A stretch of 57,428 bases of DNA, the filler included, from Platydemus manokwari (lineage: Eukaryota): assembly GCA_037951405.1 (NCBI GenBank). It is 5 parts of 5 records of this genome, joined end to end, with 100 filler letters (N's around TTAATTAATTAA, not from the genome) between each part and the next. Parts side by side here need not be neighbours in the genome. Positions count along the whole stretch, not along the records: positions 1 to 12,819 come from JBBMOY011956936.1; positions 12,920 to 22,573 come from JBBMOY011221876.1; 3 more parts are not named here. The stretch is one strand, 5' to 3'. This document shows, piece after piece, positions 1-14,008 of the stretch. Each line of letters starts with the position of its first letter. The first letter of the stretch is position 1. Made by a program: the position numbers and the translations under genes. The notes below the pieces were generated by a model that saw nothing but the letters and a program-made list of their open reading frames with translations, had not been told where the DNA came from and made no database searches.

Positions 1-127
1 TGAAAGATGGACAAATGTTATAGCTTCTGATGGAGAATACTTTGATTAATGTTACTATGCAAAATGTACTTTAAATACATAAATATTTTTCAAAAAAAAC
101 CGAAATTTTAAGGTTATACACCTAATA
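1..127 (+). mobile_element. mariner (Mos1-like) transposon 3' end: transposase C-terminus, right TIR and TA
   Basis: 2-49 translates ERWTNVIASDGEYFD*, a typical mariner transposase C-terminus. Reverse complement of about 97-125 is TTAGGTGTATAACCTTAAAATTTCGGTTT, resembling Mos1-type TIRs, followed by TA at 126-127. Confidence 0.8.
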
Positions 128-3100
128 AATATTCACAAAATGTCAAGAACATTATTGATAATAGTTGTGAGGATTTATAATGAGTTGAAAATGTGTAAAA
201 ATTTAAAATCAAATTTTTTTGAAATATTAACTTGTTTAAATAATAATATTTAAATACATGATTTGATGTCGTGACTTTTCAGTTCGTTTTCAATGAGTGC
301 TTTATAAAATAGTAGACTCTTACAATAGTGTTGAATTGTAAAATAAACAATAAGATTTAATGATAAAATTAACAAACGAACAAACAATTGTAGGATCTAT
401 TTTCAAAGTAATGACAAACATCCTATGTAGATTATTTCATGATGATGGATAATCTTTCTATAATTTTATTCAAGTAATTTCTATATAACTAGATAACTGG
501 ATAAAAAAATTAACGTTCAAAATGGTAAATACAAATAATAAAATAAATATGCGTTAATTATTCGTATTATTATTATCATTTATTGAACATTACTTCTTAC
601 AAGACATGCAAAACGACCGTGAAATTACAATTTATATATACTAAGATAAAAAAAATTGTAAATCCAAAATACTCAGAAAAACAAAAATCAAACATCAAAT
701 CACAATGGAATCAATACCTAAGAGATTAAAACTACAGAAATTACTCATAAAAAATGGCAGTTCAGATTCAACTCTAGATTCAACTCATTTAATACATTCG
801 TTTTGTGTATTGAAGTGTTGTATTTCATTTACCAAAACCTTCTGAAGACTATCTTATTAACAGATTTTCTTCTATCTTCCATGTCATTCTTGTGCCTCGT
901 TGTTATTGAGCGCCAAATGACTATCGAATTCTATTTATGAATTGATATTTTAGAGTCATCTGATTGACTACTGCCATGTGGGAATATAACAACTGTGTGT
1001 ATCGACCATTTGAGTGATGGTCCCATCGTCTCTCTAGGTATTTCGATCATATTTTTCACATGCTTCACACATAGAGACGTATATATTACGTCTATGAATA
1101 TAAAGAAATGTTGATGTGATTTTATGGATGGGAAGAACATGTTTTCGCAAATTTACAATTGTGTGTTTAGTTTATTATAAATTACCTTACGAAAATGATC
1201 TAACAGCATTGATTGTGAAAATGTTTTAAAGATGAACACATTCAGCTGAAATTTTTTCTTTTGTTGATATATTTTACTTTTTAACAATTTGGATAGAATA
1301 ACAATTTTCTAATGGCTTTAATAGAAATTTTTTTAGTCTAATTGACTATAATGTGAACAGAGTCATGCACACTACTGGTGGTAACATCTGAATGTAGGAG
1401 AACTGTCCATCCATTTTAGAATTCTTATAATTCTGAGGAATCTATGTAACAAGGTCTTTCGATTTTCAATCGGCATCTACCAATAATAATAGTAAATATT
1501 TTCAATTGTCAATGAAAAATGCAATAACTTTTCTAATTGATGATAGTGGACTATTTTGTGAAATTTATTTGGCGACAAAATGCTCGTGAAGTTTTATTTA
1601 GATTATGGTTTATGAAATTGAAATAAAATAACCGAGCTATTGAAGATTAACTACTGAATAAATTGGAAGAAAAACTCTTGAATAATTTTTGATAAACATA
1701 AAGCAACTTCAACAATTTTGCGAATTATTGAAATATTGAAAGAGTAATCATTTGTGTTATGTTCAAAATTATTGGTTATAAATTGTGAAGCAGATATCGA
1801 TTTGCGGCATAAGTAAAAAATTTTATATTATTATAAAATTTATAATAATCAAACTGATATCTTTGGTGTTTTAATCGATTCTCCAATATGATTTTTGTTG
1901 CTTATTAATTGCGCACTAAAGACGATTATTGTAAGCGTCACTATTTGAATTGAAATATTACAATCGTTTGAGTGAGATTTTTGATCATTCTGTTAAGGTA
2001 AATTCAAAAAGGTAACATTAGAAACAAATTCATTATTTGGTTTTAAATTACCATGGTATGAGTATCTAATAACAGAAATCCGACAGCACTTGATTCGGCA
2101 TCAACATAATTCTTACCACTAAATTCAAGAAGGCTAATTTGATACGTTAATTTTTGGCTAATATTAATCTTTTGTGAAGAACTACATCAATTATAATCAC
2201 TTTTACTGGCAAATTTTCTTATTTTATCATTTGTAAGATTTTGATTAGGATGTAGGATTTCACTTAGGTGGCCTTTACAAGTTGTACTTTCCTACAATAT
2301 TGGACATATGGTTTTTTCTACTAAGAATTGCTAAACATTAAGACTATAGGTTTTTCTGTTAAGCACTTTTTTACAGTAATTAAATGATGTAACACTTGAT
2401 TTCAGAAGACAGTACATTAGTGTTTTAGATAATAAGATATAAAATAAATCAAATGAACAAATAACGCAATATAATACAATAAAATATATTCAAGCTAAAA
2501 TCTTCTATGCAATAAAATGATTAAAGTATGATAAAATATTTAATAACTAAAGATTCAATATAGTGTGACGCTTAGTAGGTGGTAAGACCTCTGGAAAAGA
2601 ACAATGGAACGGTAGGTAAGGTAATTAATGTTTCGTTTGTCCGTAAAATAATGAACAAATAATATTGTGTCAATTTTCTCATGAAATTCTCGCCCCTGAA
2701 TTTCGTCGAGCTCGAAATAACTTCGAAATAACCATGTACTTTACATAACCTCGTGACTAGTTTTTATTCATCAAATAATGTGATACTTTATGCGTTGTGA
2801 TAATGTGCGTTATTGTATTTTACCTTGCTACTTTTATGCTTATTTTTTATTAAACCAATCTATGTTCGCACTTTGTGTCGTGTGCTTCGAGTGGACCTAA
2901 GACTTTTTATTATGCTTATTATTCAGTCATTTTTTAAGTTTCTTTGATGACTACATTTAACAAGACTTGATGATTTCTTTGTTCATATTTTATTTCTTGA
3001 AATTGTTTGCTGGATCCCATTTCTTTAACATCATTTGTGTTTTCTTTGAATTCCTTTGATTGTTTGTAATTTTCTTCTATGTGCTTTGTTAAAAAACATT

Positions 3101-5192
3101 TCCAATTAATTTTAGATAATTAAACATTGTTTTATTTTGGTTATTAATATGTATTACTATTTTTTAACTGCACACATTTGATCCAAGGTCATTATGTCTA
3201 GAAGTCATATTTAATTAAATGACTTTTTTAAAAATTCTAATTCAGTTTGCTTGAAAGAGTAAGATTAATACTAAGAGAAATTCATCTATCTTGATTTCTA
3301 CACACTATTAACTTGTTTGAATTCAATTTTCATTCAATTACAATAAGCGTTTTAACGAACATCGTTGGCATTCTCATTTTGTTGTTATTTAGCACATAAT
3401 TACCAATCCTTGTTCACTGAATACCGAAATATTTAATATAACAGTTGATTATAAAAGTTATAATCATATTACAAATGTAATAGAATTATGGTTCAAGAAT
3501 AATGATAAGTTATTAAGACTTGTCAATTTTAATTGGGTTGAGCATACATACTAATCTCCAAGAAACCAAACACTATTAGTGGTCGATTCATTCTAAAATC
3601 AACTGTATTTAGTTATTTGAAATATCTTTATTTTAAATTCTGACAGCTAATTATAACAAACACACATTTATCGACCTGTGAACAAGCAATATGGTTTGGT
3701 GGTCATAATAAAAAGTAAAGAACTCAAATCAATAATAAGTTTTCTTCCATTTTTATTTTAATTTACTCTAAACATTTGAATATTCACACCAAATCATACT
3801 ACTTCTTCACAGCCTAACCTCGTAATTCATTTTTCATGAGAAAGTGACTGAACCAAAATCTACGTTGTACATGCAGTGAATATTCCTAACTGTAGAATCT
3901 ACACTACATCTTGATCGATGTTCGAAAATTGCTCTGGGTTTTATTTTGAAATGCTAATTGTTGCAACTAAAAATTCGAGTTCGTCATTATCGATGTTAAA
4001 TTTTGAAAATGCCAATAAAATATCCCAATAAAAAGACTTCTTATTTAAACCATCTACTAATCTTATTGATGCTAATTAAATATGATATCTTAAAAATATT
4101 AAAAATCAAAATTAACCCACCATTTTGTTTAGAGTTCTTTCTGCAACGTAATCAATGATCAATATTTTCCGGGAAAAAGCTTGAGAATTTTAATTCAATT
4201 CTAGAAAATACTTACAAACTTAGAATTCAGGTTTAAGTACTCTCTATGTTTGATATGATATAATTCGATTTATTGCTTTGAAATTATTTTTTCTTGTTCT
4301 TCAATTTTAAGCACGTTTTATTACTGAATTGGGAATGACCGGTCACAATTTTTTTTCGAAAGTACAAAACCATTAAGAGCCAGGCTTTAATTAATAATAT
4401 ACTGCATAATATTAACGATCTATCAGAGATCATGGGAGAAGACTTAACATAAAAATGTGTAAAATAAGCCATCAAGAAAATTGATAAATGAAAAAAAATT
4501 AATGATGGTTTAAAATCAAATGTTAATATGGATCAATTTATCAATTTCTGTCCGTTAGTTATTTTAAATTGATCCACTATTTATCACGTTTTTTTCGACA
4601 TGCAATTGCGTTTGTCAAATGGTGATTGAAACCATTCAATTTCCTTTCGGGGATATCTCATAGTTAAGGAAATCAAATTCAAAATTCAAATAAAATTATT
4701 AAGATTTATCCAATTCTTTTTCCGGTTATCGTATTTCATAAAATCCGCTTTTATTTTATTTCATCATATCAACGATTTTTCGTTTAATTTCAAAATTTTC
4801 TTTTTATTTGGTTTATGTTTTCACAAAATTTTAAGCAGTAAAAATATATTGTTTGAATCGACTTATTTCATGAAAATTCTTGAATTATTATTATTATTAT
4901 TATTATTATTTTTACTGGCATAATAATAAAAATTATAATAACCATAAAAATTCGATGGATAAATACAAGAAAAATATTTCTAACAAATAAATTTTATTGC
5001 ATAAAGATTATTAAGTTTGGATTAAATTATTAAAGTTCCATAAAAAATCTGAATTTAATTTTGTAAAATATTTTTGATAATGGTTATGTAGAAAAATTAA
5101 CGAATAGACAAAAATGGAATACAGACAAATAAAAGTGGTGAAAATCATTGGTTAAAATCAATGAAGTAGAGATATATTATCTAGTGCGATTG

Positions 5193-6710
5193 CTATACTC
5201 GATCATCATTGCAAGGAGGCACCTCCTGGGCATCCATTAGATCAATATGATCCCACCCATTATCTATTGATTGACCATCTTCAGTGACTGGTAATGGTTG
5301 GAATGAGCTTTTCTCTCGTTTCATCATAGATATTTGTTCGTTTTCACTAATCAAAAGAAATTCTCTATCATCTTGACTGTTCCTGCCGAATGATAAAATG
5401 GATTTCCACTGTGATAGAATGAAGCAGCTCATAATCAAGCAACCGCACTTCAAAAGCATTAAACAACCTTGAACTAAGAAAAACCATTTGTATTTAAATT
5501 TCTGTGCAATAATAGCACTCAGAATCGGTGATAAAAGCATTCCTACTCCCATTCCGGCAAGAGAAAATGGATAGGCTATATCTCCAGGTAATGTAGTCAG
5601 TTCTTCGCCAGCTGGAAATAAAAATGTAATGGACGGCCCTAAACAAAATCCTGAACAATAAGCCAGAAAACATCTCCAAGGTAGATTACTCGCTAAAGCC
5701 TCCCATAACAATAAACAAATAACCATAAAAAAGCTGCTGATTAACAAGAGATATTTGAGTTTCCCCGTAAACCATTTCTTCGTAATGGCACTTACAACAC
5801 CACCAATAACATAGGTCGTCGCTTCACCAGATGCAAATAAGATCGTTAATGACGTACTGCTTGTCAGACTTTTAGAATCACGCCGCAAATAATCGGCGAG
5901 ATTTAACAACATTCCATAAGTAACGATACTCGTCAGAATCCGATCCATTGACCACAAAAACAACAACACAACGGTTTCTTTGTTCAATAACTGTCTTAAT
6001 TTCGAGGGAAGATTCATTAATCGACTATTAGAAGCTTTTGATGTATGCTTCTTTTGAAAAAATACGACTCCAGTACAATTGATAATGAAATAAATGATAC
6101 CAAGCACGATAAATGCCTTTCTCCAACCGTACTCAACTATCAAATAAGCATAAAACTGAACAAAAACTATCGAAGCTACAGAACCACCGGACACCAGCGT
6201 TGTAGCCAAAATATGATATTTATGATTCATATCAAAGTGCTCACCAACAACGAGGCCAACCACGCTTAAAATCAAACTTGATCCCATTCCATGGAATACG
6301 GTGTGAGTTAAAAATAACCAATGAGCATTTGAAACGTAAGCGGATGATACACATGCCATTAAAATAAAACATGCGCCGATGAATTGAAACACTTTATACT
6401 TTCTTTGAAAATAAATAATCAACGCTGTCGATATTGTCGTTGTCAAATAACCGAGAGCAGCATAAGAGTCACCAATCCAATTCAATTCAGCGAGAGATGA
6501 CGTATTGAAAACATCATTATGTAGTTCGGCAATGAAAATTCCGAATGCTCGACGCTTACCACCAAGAAAAATGACATTTAATGCCGAAAAAATCAAAATT
6601 ATCCATGGCATGTACTTTGTGGACTGTGAATAATCATTAGATCCCCGTATTTCGATGTTTGATATATCATCTTTACCAGCCTCCGCTACTGATTCTTTCG
6701 ATTCTTTCAT
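5193..6710 (-). CDS. MFS transporter, monocarboxylate transporter (SLC16/MCT)-like, single-exon CDS, 505 aa
   Basis: About 12 hydrophobic segments in two 6-TM bundles. MCT-like elements: W..I..S..N...G....FGIF..EL, WIG, HG.GSSL, YGWR.AF. Confidence 0.85.
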   Translation of the reverse strand: MKESKESVAEAGKDDISNIEIRGSNDYSQSTKYMPWIILIFSALNVIFLGGKRRAFGIFIAELHNDVFNTSSLAELNWIGDSYAALGYLTTTISTALIIYFQRKYKVFQFIGACFILMACVSSAYVSNAHWLFLTHTVFHGMGSSLILSVVGLVVGEHFDMNHKYHILATTLVSGGSVASIVFVQFYAYLIVEYGWRKAFIVLGIIYFIINCTGVVFFQKKHTSKASNSRLMNLPSKLRQLLNKETVVLLFLWSMDRILTSIVTYGMLLNLADYLRRDSKSLTSSTSLTILFASGEATTYVIGGVVSAITKKWFTGKLKYLLLISSFFMVICLLLWEALASNLPWRCFLAYCSGFCLGPSITFLFPAGEELTTLPGDIAYPFSLAGMGVGMLLSPILSAIIAQKFKYKWFFLVQGCLMLLKCGCLIMSCFILSQWKSILSFGRNSQDDREFLLISENEQISMMKREKSSFQPLPVTEDGQSIDNGWDHIDLMDAQEVPPCNDDRV

Positions 6711-9013
6711 TATTAGAACATTTCCAAAAATTCAATTCAATCGATAAAAGCATTTGCTTCAATCAGTTTGAAAATTGTCTTCTCTCAAAAACACTTTGGA
6801 CTGCATTGTCAAGACAACAAAATTCAGAACAAGTCCACTACACATCTCCATGCCACTGATAGAGGACAGGAAAATCGAAATTTCTAGTGAATTTGTAGAG
6901 ATTAGAAATTAAAATGATTCCCATTGGTTAGTTCTTAATTAAATTTGTATTTGTGTGGTTGTATGAGTGTGACGTAGAGTGATCGATTACAATTTTTGCG
7001 GTGAGGCATTTGATCTTAAAACAAAGATAAATGGTTTAATTTTGAATGGAATTATAAATCATAAATTGTTTAATTTTTAATATGAATGGTCTTCATAAAA
7101 AATTTCAATTTTCTGATAGCATATTTAACCAACCAATATCCAGTAGACAATTAATTTGGGAATTTTAATTTTTGAATTTCTTTTTTCCTTGTTAAAGTTT
7201 TCAATGAACAATTCTTTCTCTGGTGTCATAGAGTTTTGTGTTTGTCTATAAAAATTTAATGCTTTAACAGTTGCTACGAAATGTTTGATTGGATAAATAT
7301 ATAACACATGATTAATTGGATTCTCCTATTTCTTCACTACACAGTCATTTATATTGCTAGACAACTGACTGAGAGTGTTTTATTTGATTTCCCATATGAA
7401 TCAGGTAAAATTGATTTTGATATTATGTAGATATTAATTATTTTCATATTTTTTTCTTGAATTTTTCAACTTTGATTAATTCCAAATTGTGATGATTCTA
7501 TTTATTTGATTTCAAGAATTTGAATTTATTAATTTCAATTTATCATTTTAGAGTTGTTTAAATTTATATTGTACTTAAGTTCAGGAACGAAATCAACACT
7601 TTCACAAATAAAATAATAACAAAGATAATTTCCAACGCGATGCTCTCAAATATTGTACAGAATAAGTTTCGATCTTAATCTCATCACAAGAAAATCAATA
7701 AAAAGTAGCCTGGAATTTCAAATAATTTAATTACGAAAAATTTTTGGATCCTAAACTATTTCTTTAGCTCGTGATTATCAAATATCAAACCAAAATCGAT
7801 AATTTGTATATAACAAGTATGTACACACATAATATAACACAAGTATAAACACACATAATCAGAGTAACGAATCAAAATTCATTTTACAAATTACTCACAT
7901 TTACTGGAAATTTTCATTGCTGAATTCTACTCTCTTGGCTACTATGGTCATCTCCTGTTTTTCATTACACTTTTTTACAAATTTTGTAACATTTTCTGGA
8001 ATAATTTCATTATTTATCTCCATTTAAATTTATTTGATTCCAAAGAATTAGTATTACTCGATAGCAATATTTCTAATAATAGATGACATAAAAGATGAAA
8101 TAAAATATAATTGACTTTTTTAAAATACAATTTAATATAATTTATTTAAAAACGAAAAAATGTATTACTAACTTCATTAGAAGTTCTTCGATATTATTTC
8201 GATATTGTTAATTATTCAATGCTAACAAAATTCGATTTGATTTCCAGTTCTAAGTATTTCACTAATCAAGTTATTCGCCTGCATTCCCAGAACAAATAAA
8301 ATGACTCTGAATTACAATTGTTTTAGGTTTGTTGATAAGTGGTAGCGTTACATAAACTGTGGATATAATGTGAACATAAATGATATGCGATAAATCCATT
8401 GTGTTAAAATTCATATTACGACCTATTCTTGCGGAATTCAAATTCTTAATCACGATTTAGCATAGAGTCACTGTAAAAATATGAATTTCAAGTTGTGAGC
8501 AGTTTCTTAAGACAAACTGTTTGTAAAAACATAGATTTTTACTCACTAAATATCTATAAATATAAATTTCAAATATGCGGTTTTATCCATAGATTTTAAT
8601 AAGTATTATTAAAACATAACATCAAACTTTTTAAAATTTATGTTTTGATATTTACAATTTGAAATATATAAATAAATTACTGTAATAATATTTGGAAATT
8701 AACTGTTTTAATTAAAAAAAACATTATATTTATTTGTTCTAATAAATTAAACAAATTATATTCTATTATATTATTTGTAAATATATTCGTTTCACTAGAA
8801 GAGGCCATAAGAATTATGAAAGTTATTCATCAGACTATGTACGATTCCAACAGAAAGTATATCGATAGATCTATTTAGTAGTTCTTTATACACTCAAATC
8901 AATAAAACCTGGAATGTACAATTTAATAATTTTCTAATTGGTAGATCAGATTCCATTTTATTCTCATTGAAATTGCATTTTGGTTCCAAATCATTAAGTC
9001 TATCACAGTTATT

Positions 9014-9778
9014 ATGAAAATCTACAGAGAAATCGCTCTAAATAAAGATGTATTTCTAGGTCTATAAAAATAAAAAATTGCACAAATGAATTAAAAATTT
9101 TAGATTAAAATCGAATTTGTTATTAATAAGATTTTGTAAAACAATTTTATTAAGACCACAAATATTTAAACCGATACTTTGCCTCATATATATTTATTTA
9201 TATGCGTTTGGAATTACTATTCTTGATTAAAATTGTATTAATTTTCTCTGTCTGATTTATAGAACTTTACAAGTCTTCGCTATCATCCTGAACCTTCAGC
9301 TCCACAATGTAACACGTCCTCGAACATTCCAGTTGTTCTAGAAATAGAGAGCAGAAACTCTACTAACCACGCAGAAGGAAAGCTGGCACATTCAAAATGG
9401 CATATACGATTTGGCGTTTGTGATATGATTTTAAGCACATGGATCATGGTTTTTGATCCTCTGATTCCCATCTATATGAGACTACCAGCTTCATCGTTCT
9501 TCGGAGGAGTATTTCTCTTAATTGCAGGTATAAGCTCAATTCACGGTGGATGGAATTATTCAAAATGTTGCATTAGATGTAGCATATTTTTTCATATCTT
9601 GGCGTGCTGTGGTTTCATTTGTGGAGTAGTTAGCTACATTTACATTCTTAAATCGTCTATCTATAATTTCAAGTATTCGGTAGAATACTGTGTATACAGT
9701 TGTTTAATTGCCACTGTCGGTTTGATGATGTCATTTATTAGCTCCATTGTTTTAAGTGTCAATACTTGTCAACATTGA
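9014..9778 (+). CDS. Small four-TM MS4A/CD20-like membrane protein (about 183 aa, 2 exons: 9014-9049, 9263-9778)
   Basis: The ORF frame extends upstream to the acceptor ...gatttatag|AAC at 9263. A phase-0 GTATTT donor at 9050 follows MKIYREIALNKD. Four hydrophobic helices; SSFFGGVFLLIAGISSI resembles the MS4A TM2 motif. First exon is tentative. Confidence 0.6.
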
Positions 9779-12700
9779 TAAGCTCGATTTTCATGAAGGA
9801 ATAATCAATAAAATCCTTAATTTATTCATCGATCAATATGTTATATTTTTGAGATTTACTTAAATATATTTCTATTCTTTAGTTCATTTACCAATAGCCA
9901 AAGTAATTTTCCAGTAATGTGTATTTAATAAAGACTTTTAGTATAATCTTTGGGCCTTAGCATTTTAACAAATGATTTTTCATCTAGGATTACCGTTGTC
10001 GTGATTAAAGCCTCAAGCACAATTTAACCTTATGATTATTAATGCTGTTTTACATCGCACTTTATATTGTATGAAGACGATAAAAGCGGTAACGATAATA
10101 AAAAATTAAAGCAAATATAATACCTATCATTGGTTTACAATATTAAACAATTACTAAATCATTATTGACTAATGGTCTGCGAATTCGTAATGCATGAACA
10201 AATAATCGTAGATGTTGCACAAATTGTGGTTTTTAAAATGATAGAGATCTTCACTAGTGATTTGGTGTATAAATGAGCATAGACCATTGATTCGCCCACT
10301 ATTATATGATTGCTCCTTGTGGGTGTTTTACCTCTCATTTTGAATGTAATCATTTTGTTTTAAATTTATTTAAATGTTCCCTGGAATGAAAAGTTACAAT
10401 TTTTATTCCCATGGTGAAGATATTTTTTTAATCTCATCGCAATCTTCTTAGAATATAATTTAAGTTTTACAACCTTCGGTTTATTTATCGAAAAATGTTT
10501 TATTATTATTAAAGTTCTTTTATTTTTAAATTATCAAAATTATTTTATTAAATTATTAAATTATTTGTTAAGTTCTCGTCATAATATATATATTTATCAA
10601 TAATTGATTACAAAAATTTCCACAAATATAAAATATATAGTGTATTTTTAAAATCATTGTTTGTAATCGATTGTAAAAATATAGTTAATAGTTTATGTGG
10701 GTTTAAATAATTTTGAGACTGATAATTAAGCTAATTAAAATATTTCGCTACTGCCACACCTATTGTCTTTACACAATAAGGCTGTGCGAGGTGAAGAAAC
10801 ATTATCATAAGGTAGATTACACCTGTGGCCTTAATCAAGAGCTCATAGAGACTGATTAAGACAGTATTGGTATCAAATAGGATTAAGCTTAGTAAAACAA
10901 TGAAATCAATAAGGCCCGAACGTACATTGCCTCAAATACTGTCTCAACTTTATCTAAAATAATTCTATCAGTCACTGTTACTAGCTTCATTATCCAATTA
11001 TTCCCAATAAGATTGTGAATGGTAATGAAATATTTAATGATGAAATTGGGATTTCCTCTGGCCAGTTGCCTGATTGGTAACAAACACGTTTTCGATAAAA
11101 AATGTTTATTACAATTAACAATTATATAAATTACTGCTTTAATACAACGATTATGTAATATGCAATTATATTGATTACTACTTTTATACAATGAGGATTT
11201 TAACCTATTTCTATACAATTAAACGTTGGAAATATCCATGTGCAATTTAAGGAAGAAGATCGCGGACCTACAAGATCCTTCGTGATGTCAGGTAAGTGTC
11301 CTTTCTTTAATATGGTTAGCGCAAGATAAATAGAGAGTGTATACTAATAGGGAGCAATGTATTTTACTCGAATTATCGTACTTTTGTTGTCTTCGGGACT
11401 TAGAATATTACTATTCGCTTCCTTCGTATATACATGGCATATAAAACGGCTAGGAAATCAAAGAATCTGTTCGGTTTGCAAAAACAAATGAATCCTCTAA
11501 GTTCGATAATCGGCACGTTGTACTAGTGGTTTCAATATATATAATTGCCGAGTCAAAGGAAATAATAGGGTTGAATAAAAACGAGGACTTCATTTCCGTT
11601 TTATTGTGTTGGATTTCTAAAACTGAATGAGATTTCTTTTCAAGGGACTGTTATCATATGAGTTTTATTGTTGTTTATTATATTCAAGATAATGGGTTGT
11701 TTTGAACTTAATTCATTTTATATTTTGGTTGTCAACAGAATCATAAGTTTAATTATTGTTTATTCAGATTGATTTTAATATTTATTTCAGAATTATCATG
11801 AAATAATAAAGAGATTCATCATTAAAATCAATACTATCAATGCTATATTATTATCGTCAACCAAAACAATGATTAATAAGTTAACTTTTTATTCTTTGAG
11901 GAATTTAATTTAGACTTTCACAAAACAATTGCACATAGAAAGGAAACGATAAAAAATTAATATTTGCATTATTATATCAATATTTTTACAGATATAAAAT
12001 TATTAACTACTTATATGCATCAATACCAATTTTTATATATCGGTAAAGATAAATGTTTGTGCAAACGTCTGGATAATAAAAATGTTAAGCAAGCATTCAA
12101 AAAACCCAACATATATTCATGCCAAACCTTTGTCAATTGACTATTAATTTGTTAATGTATTTACTTTAAATTTAATAATGGTGTTTTTTGTTTATCAAAC
12201 AAACGATAAATACAACTGTTTGTTATTTCCTATCATGAATATTTATCTATTATTATAAACACAGTATATCGTGATTCATTTGGACAATGCTATATGGAGA
12301 GATAACTCATTCATCTCGTATGCATTTAAAACGGCTTATAATATCCTAATCTGGTCCCCATTATGAGTCAGAACTCTCTGAAGAGATCGAATTAGTTGCA
12401 ATATAATTCATTATTGATGCCATAGCTCGAAACTTACCTTTAACATAAATATAATATACTACAAATTCTATATAACACCATACATCATATGACTTTCAAT
12501 TTAATAATAGGAACTCATACATAGATCTCTAACTTCAATATATTGCAGTTTGTTTGTTATTTCCTTGTCATTATTAACCTTTAAACATTTGCACATAATT
12601 GAACGCGCGTTGTTGGGTTGTTAGTAACATCACTTAAACACCTATCACAACTCAACAATTTCAAATGAATTTTCTCAATTATCCTAATCGATTTTGAGTA

Positions 12701-14008
12701 AAAAAGATTGCGAAATGGGTATACAGGTAGAGTCATGATACCTGTGAGGATTTATTAAAATAATTAAAAATATTTTTATAATGTTATTAAAAAAAAATGT
12801 TATAATTAAAATTTTAATANNNNNNNNNNNNNNNNNNNNNNNNNNNNNNNNNNNNNNNNNNNNTTAATTAATTAANNNNNNNNNNNNNNNNNNNNNNNNN
12901 NNNNNNNNNNNNNNNNNNNCAAAGAATAAATGTAAATATAACTATTGAAATTTTACAATGATTTTTGACATAATAAATCATTTCCAAAAATTATTCGTAA
13001 ACTATTTTTGAAAGGATTTACAATAATAGAATCCAATCAAGATGTAACAATGTTATTTATATTTAGCTATAAAATGTTTAAAAAAATTTAATAATGCTTT
13101 ACTGAAATTATTTTTATGTTATGTAAATAAAACGAAAAATGATAAATGAATCTTTATAAAAACCATACAAAATATTTGATTCTTTTTGATATTTAATAAT
13201 TAAAATTATATTCATTGAAAAATTATTCTATCAAACAAATTATAAATTTCATTGTTCTGAAGGAAACGAAGATAATTCATATTTAGGCAAAATTCCCACA
13301 AAGCAACAAAGAGATTGTAAAGGNNNNNNNNNNAAATTAAAAATCATTAAATAAACTATTTTATAATAAAACTACATTTTAAAATAAAATTAAATATGAT
13401 AATTATATGTAAATATATAATATGATATATATTTAAAAAGCATTTCCATTAATTATTCATTACGAAAATCAACAACTTGATGGTACCAAAAACCACTACT
13501 ACAACAACAACAATTGAAATCCAAAATTGAAAGATAATTAACAATAAATTAATTAAGATATTTCAACACTAAGCTCCTGATAATCCTATTCAAAATTATT
13601 TCCAGATATGTTTTATCTCGATAAAAAATTCTGCCAATAAAAAGACAAAATGAGTTGGATAGATTTACATAAATTTATAGCAAACTACTACACTGCATTA
13701 AAATTAGAAAATTATAAAACCACGTGATCGAATTCTCACTTTTAATTTTTTTTATTAATAGACAAACGGCGCAGTTAAAGCAAATCCATTTTGATATAGA
13801 TTGATATCAGACAGTTAATTTGAGTGGATTATAATTAAATAGTAGCTAGTGAGATTGGTAACTATTCTATAACCATTGCGTTATTGGTCAATGTAATTAT
13901 ATCGATGAAATATTATTATCATCGTTATGATTATCGAATTTTAATAGAATTAATTATTTTTAGATTTATATCAATTGGTATTTGATTTCTATTGAAATAG
14001 ATGTTTAC

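Noticed and set aside
2560-2965. LTR-like segment (also about 11220-11700 and 19300-19640)
   Set aside because: GC-richer and repeat-like, but no supported termini or TSD.
12820-12919. Palindromic TTAATTAATTAA between N-runs (also near 22618, 35365 and 48446)
   Set aside because: Identical linker in the middle of each roughly 100-nt gap, with stops in all frames: scaffolding artefact. It also supplies the false ends of the ABCA ORFs.
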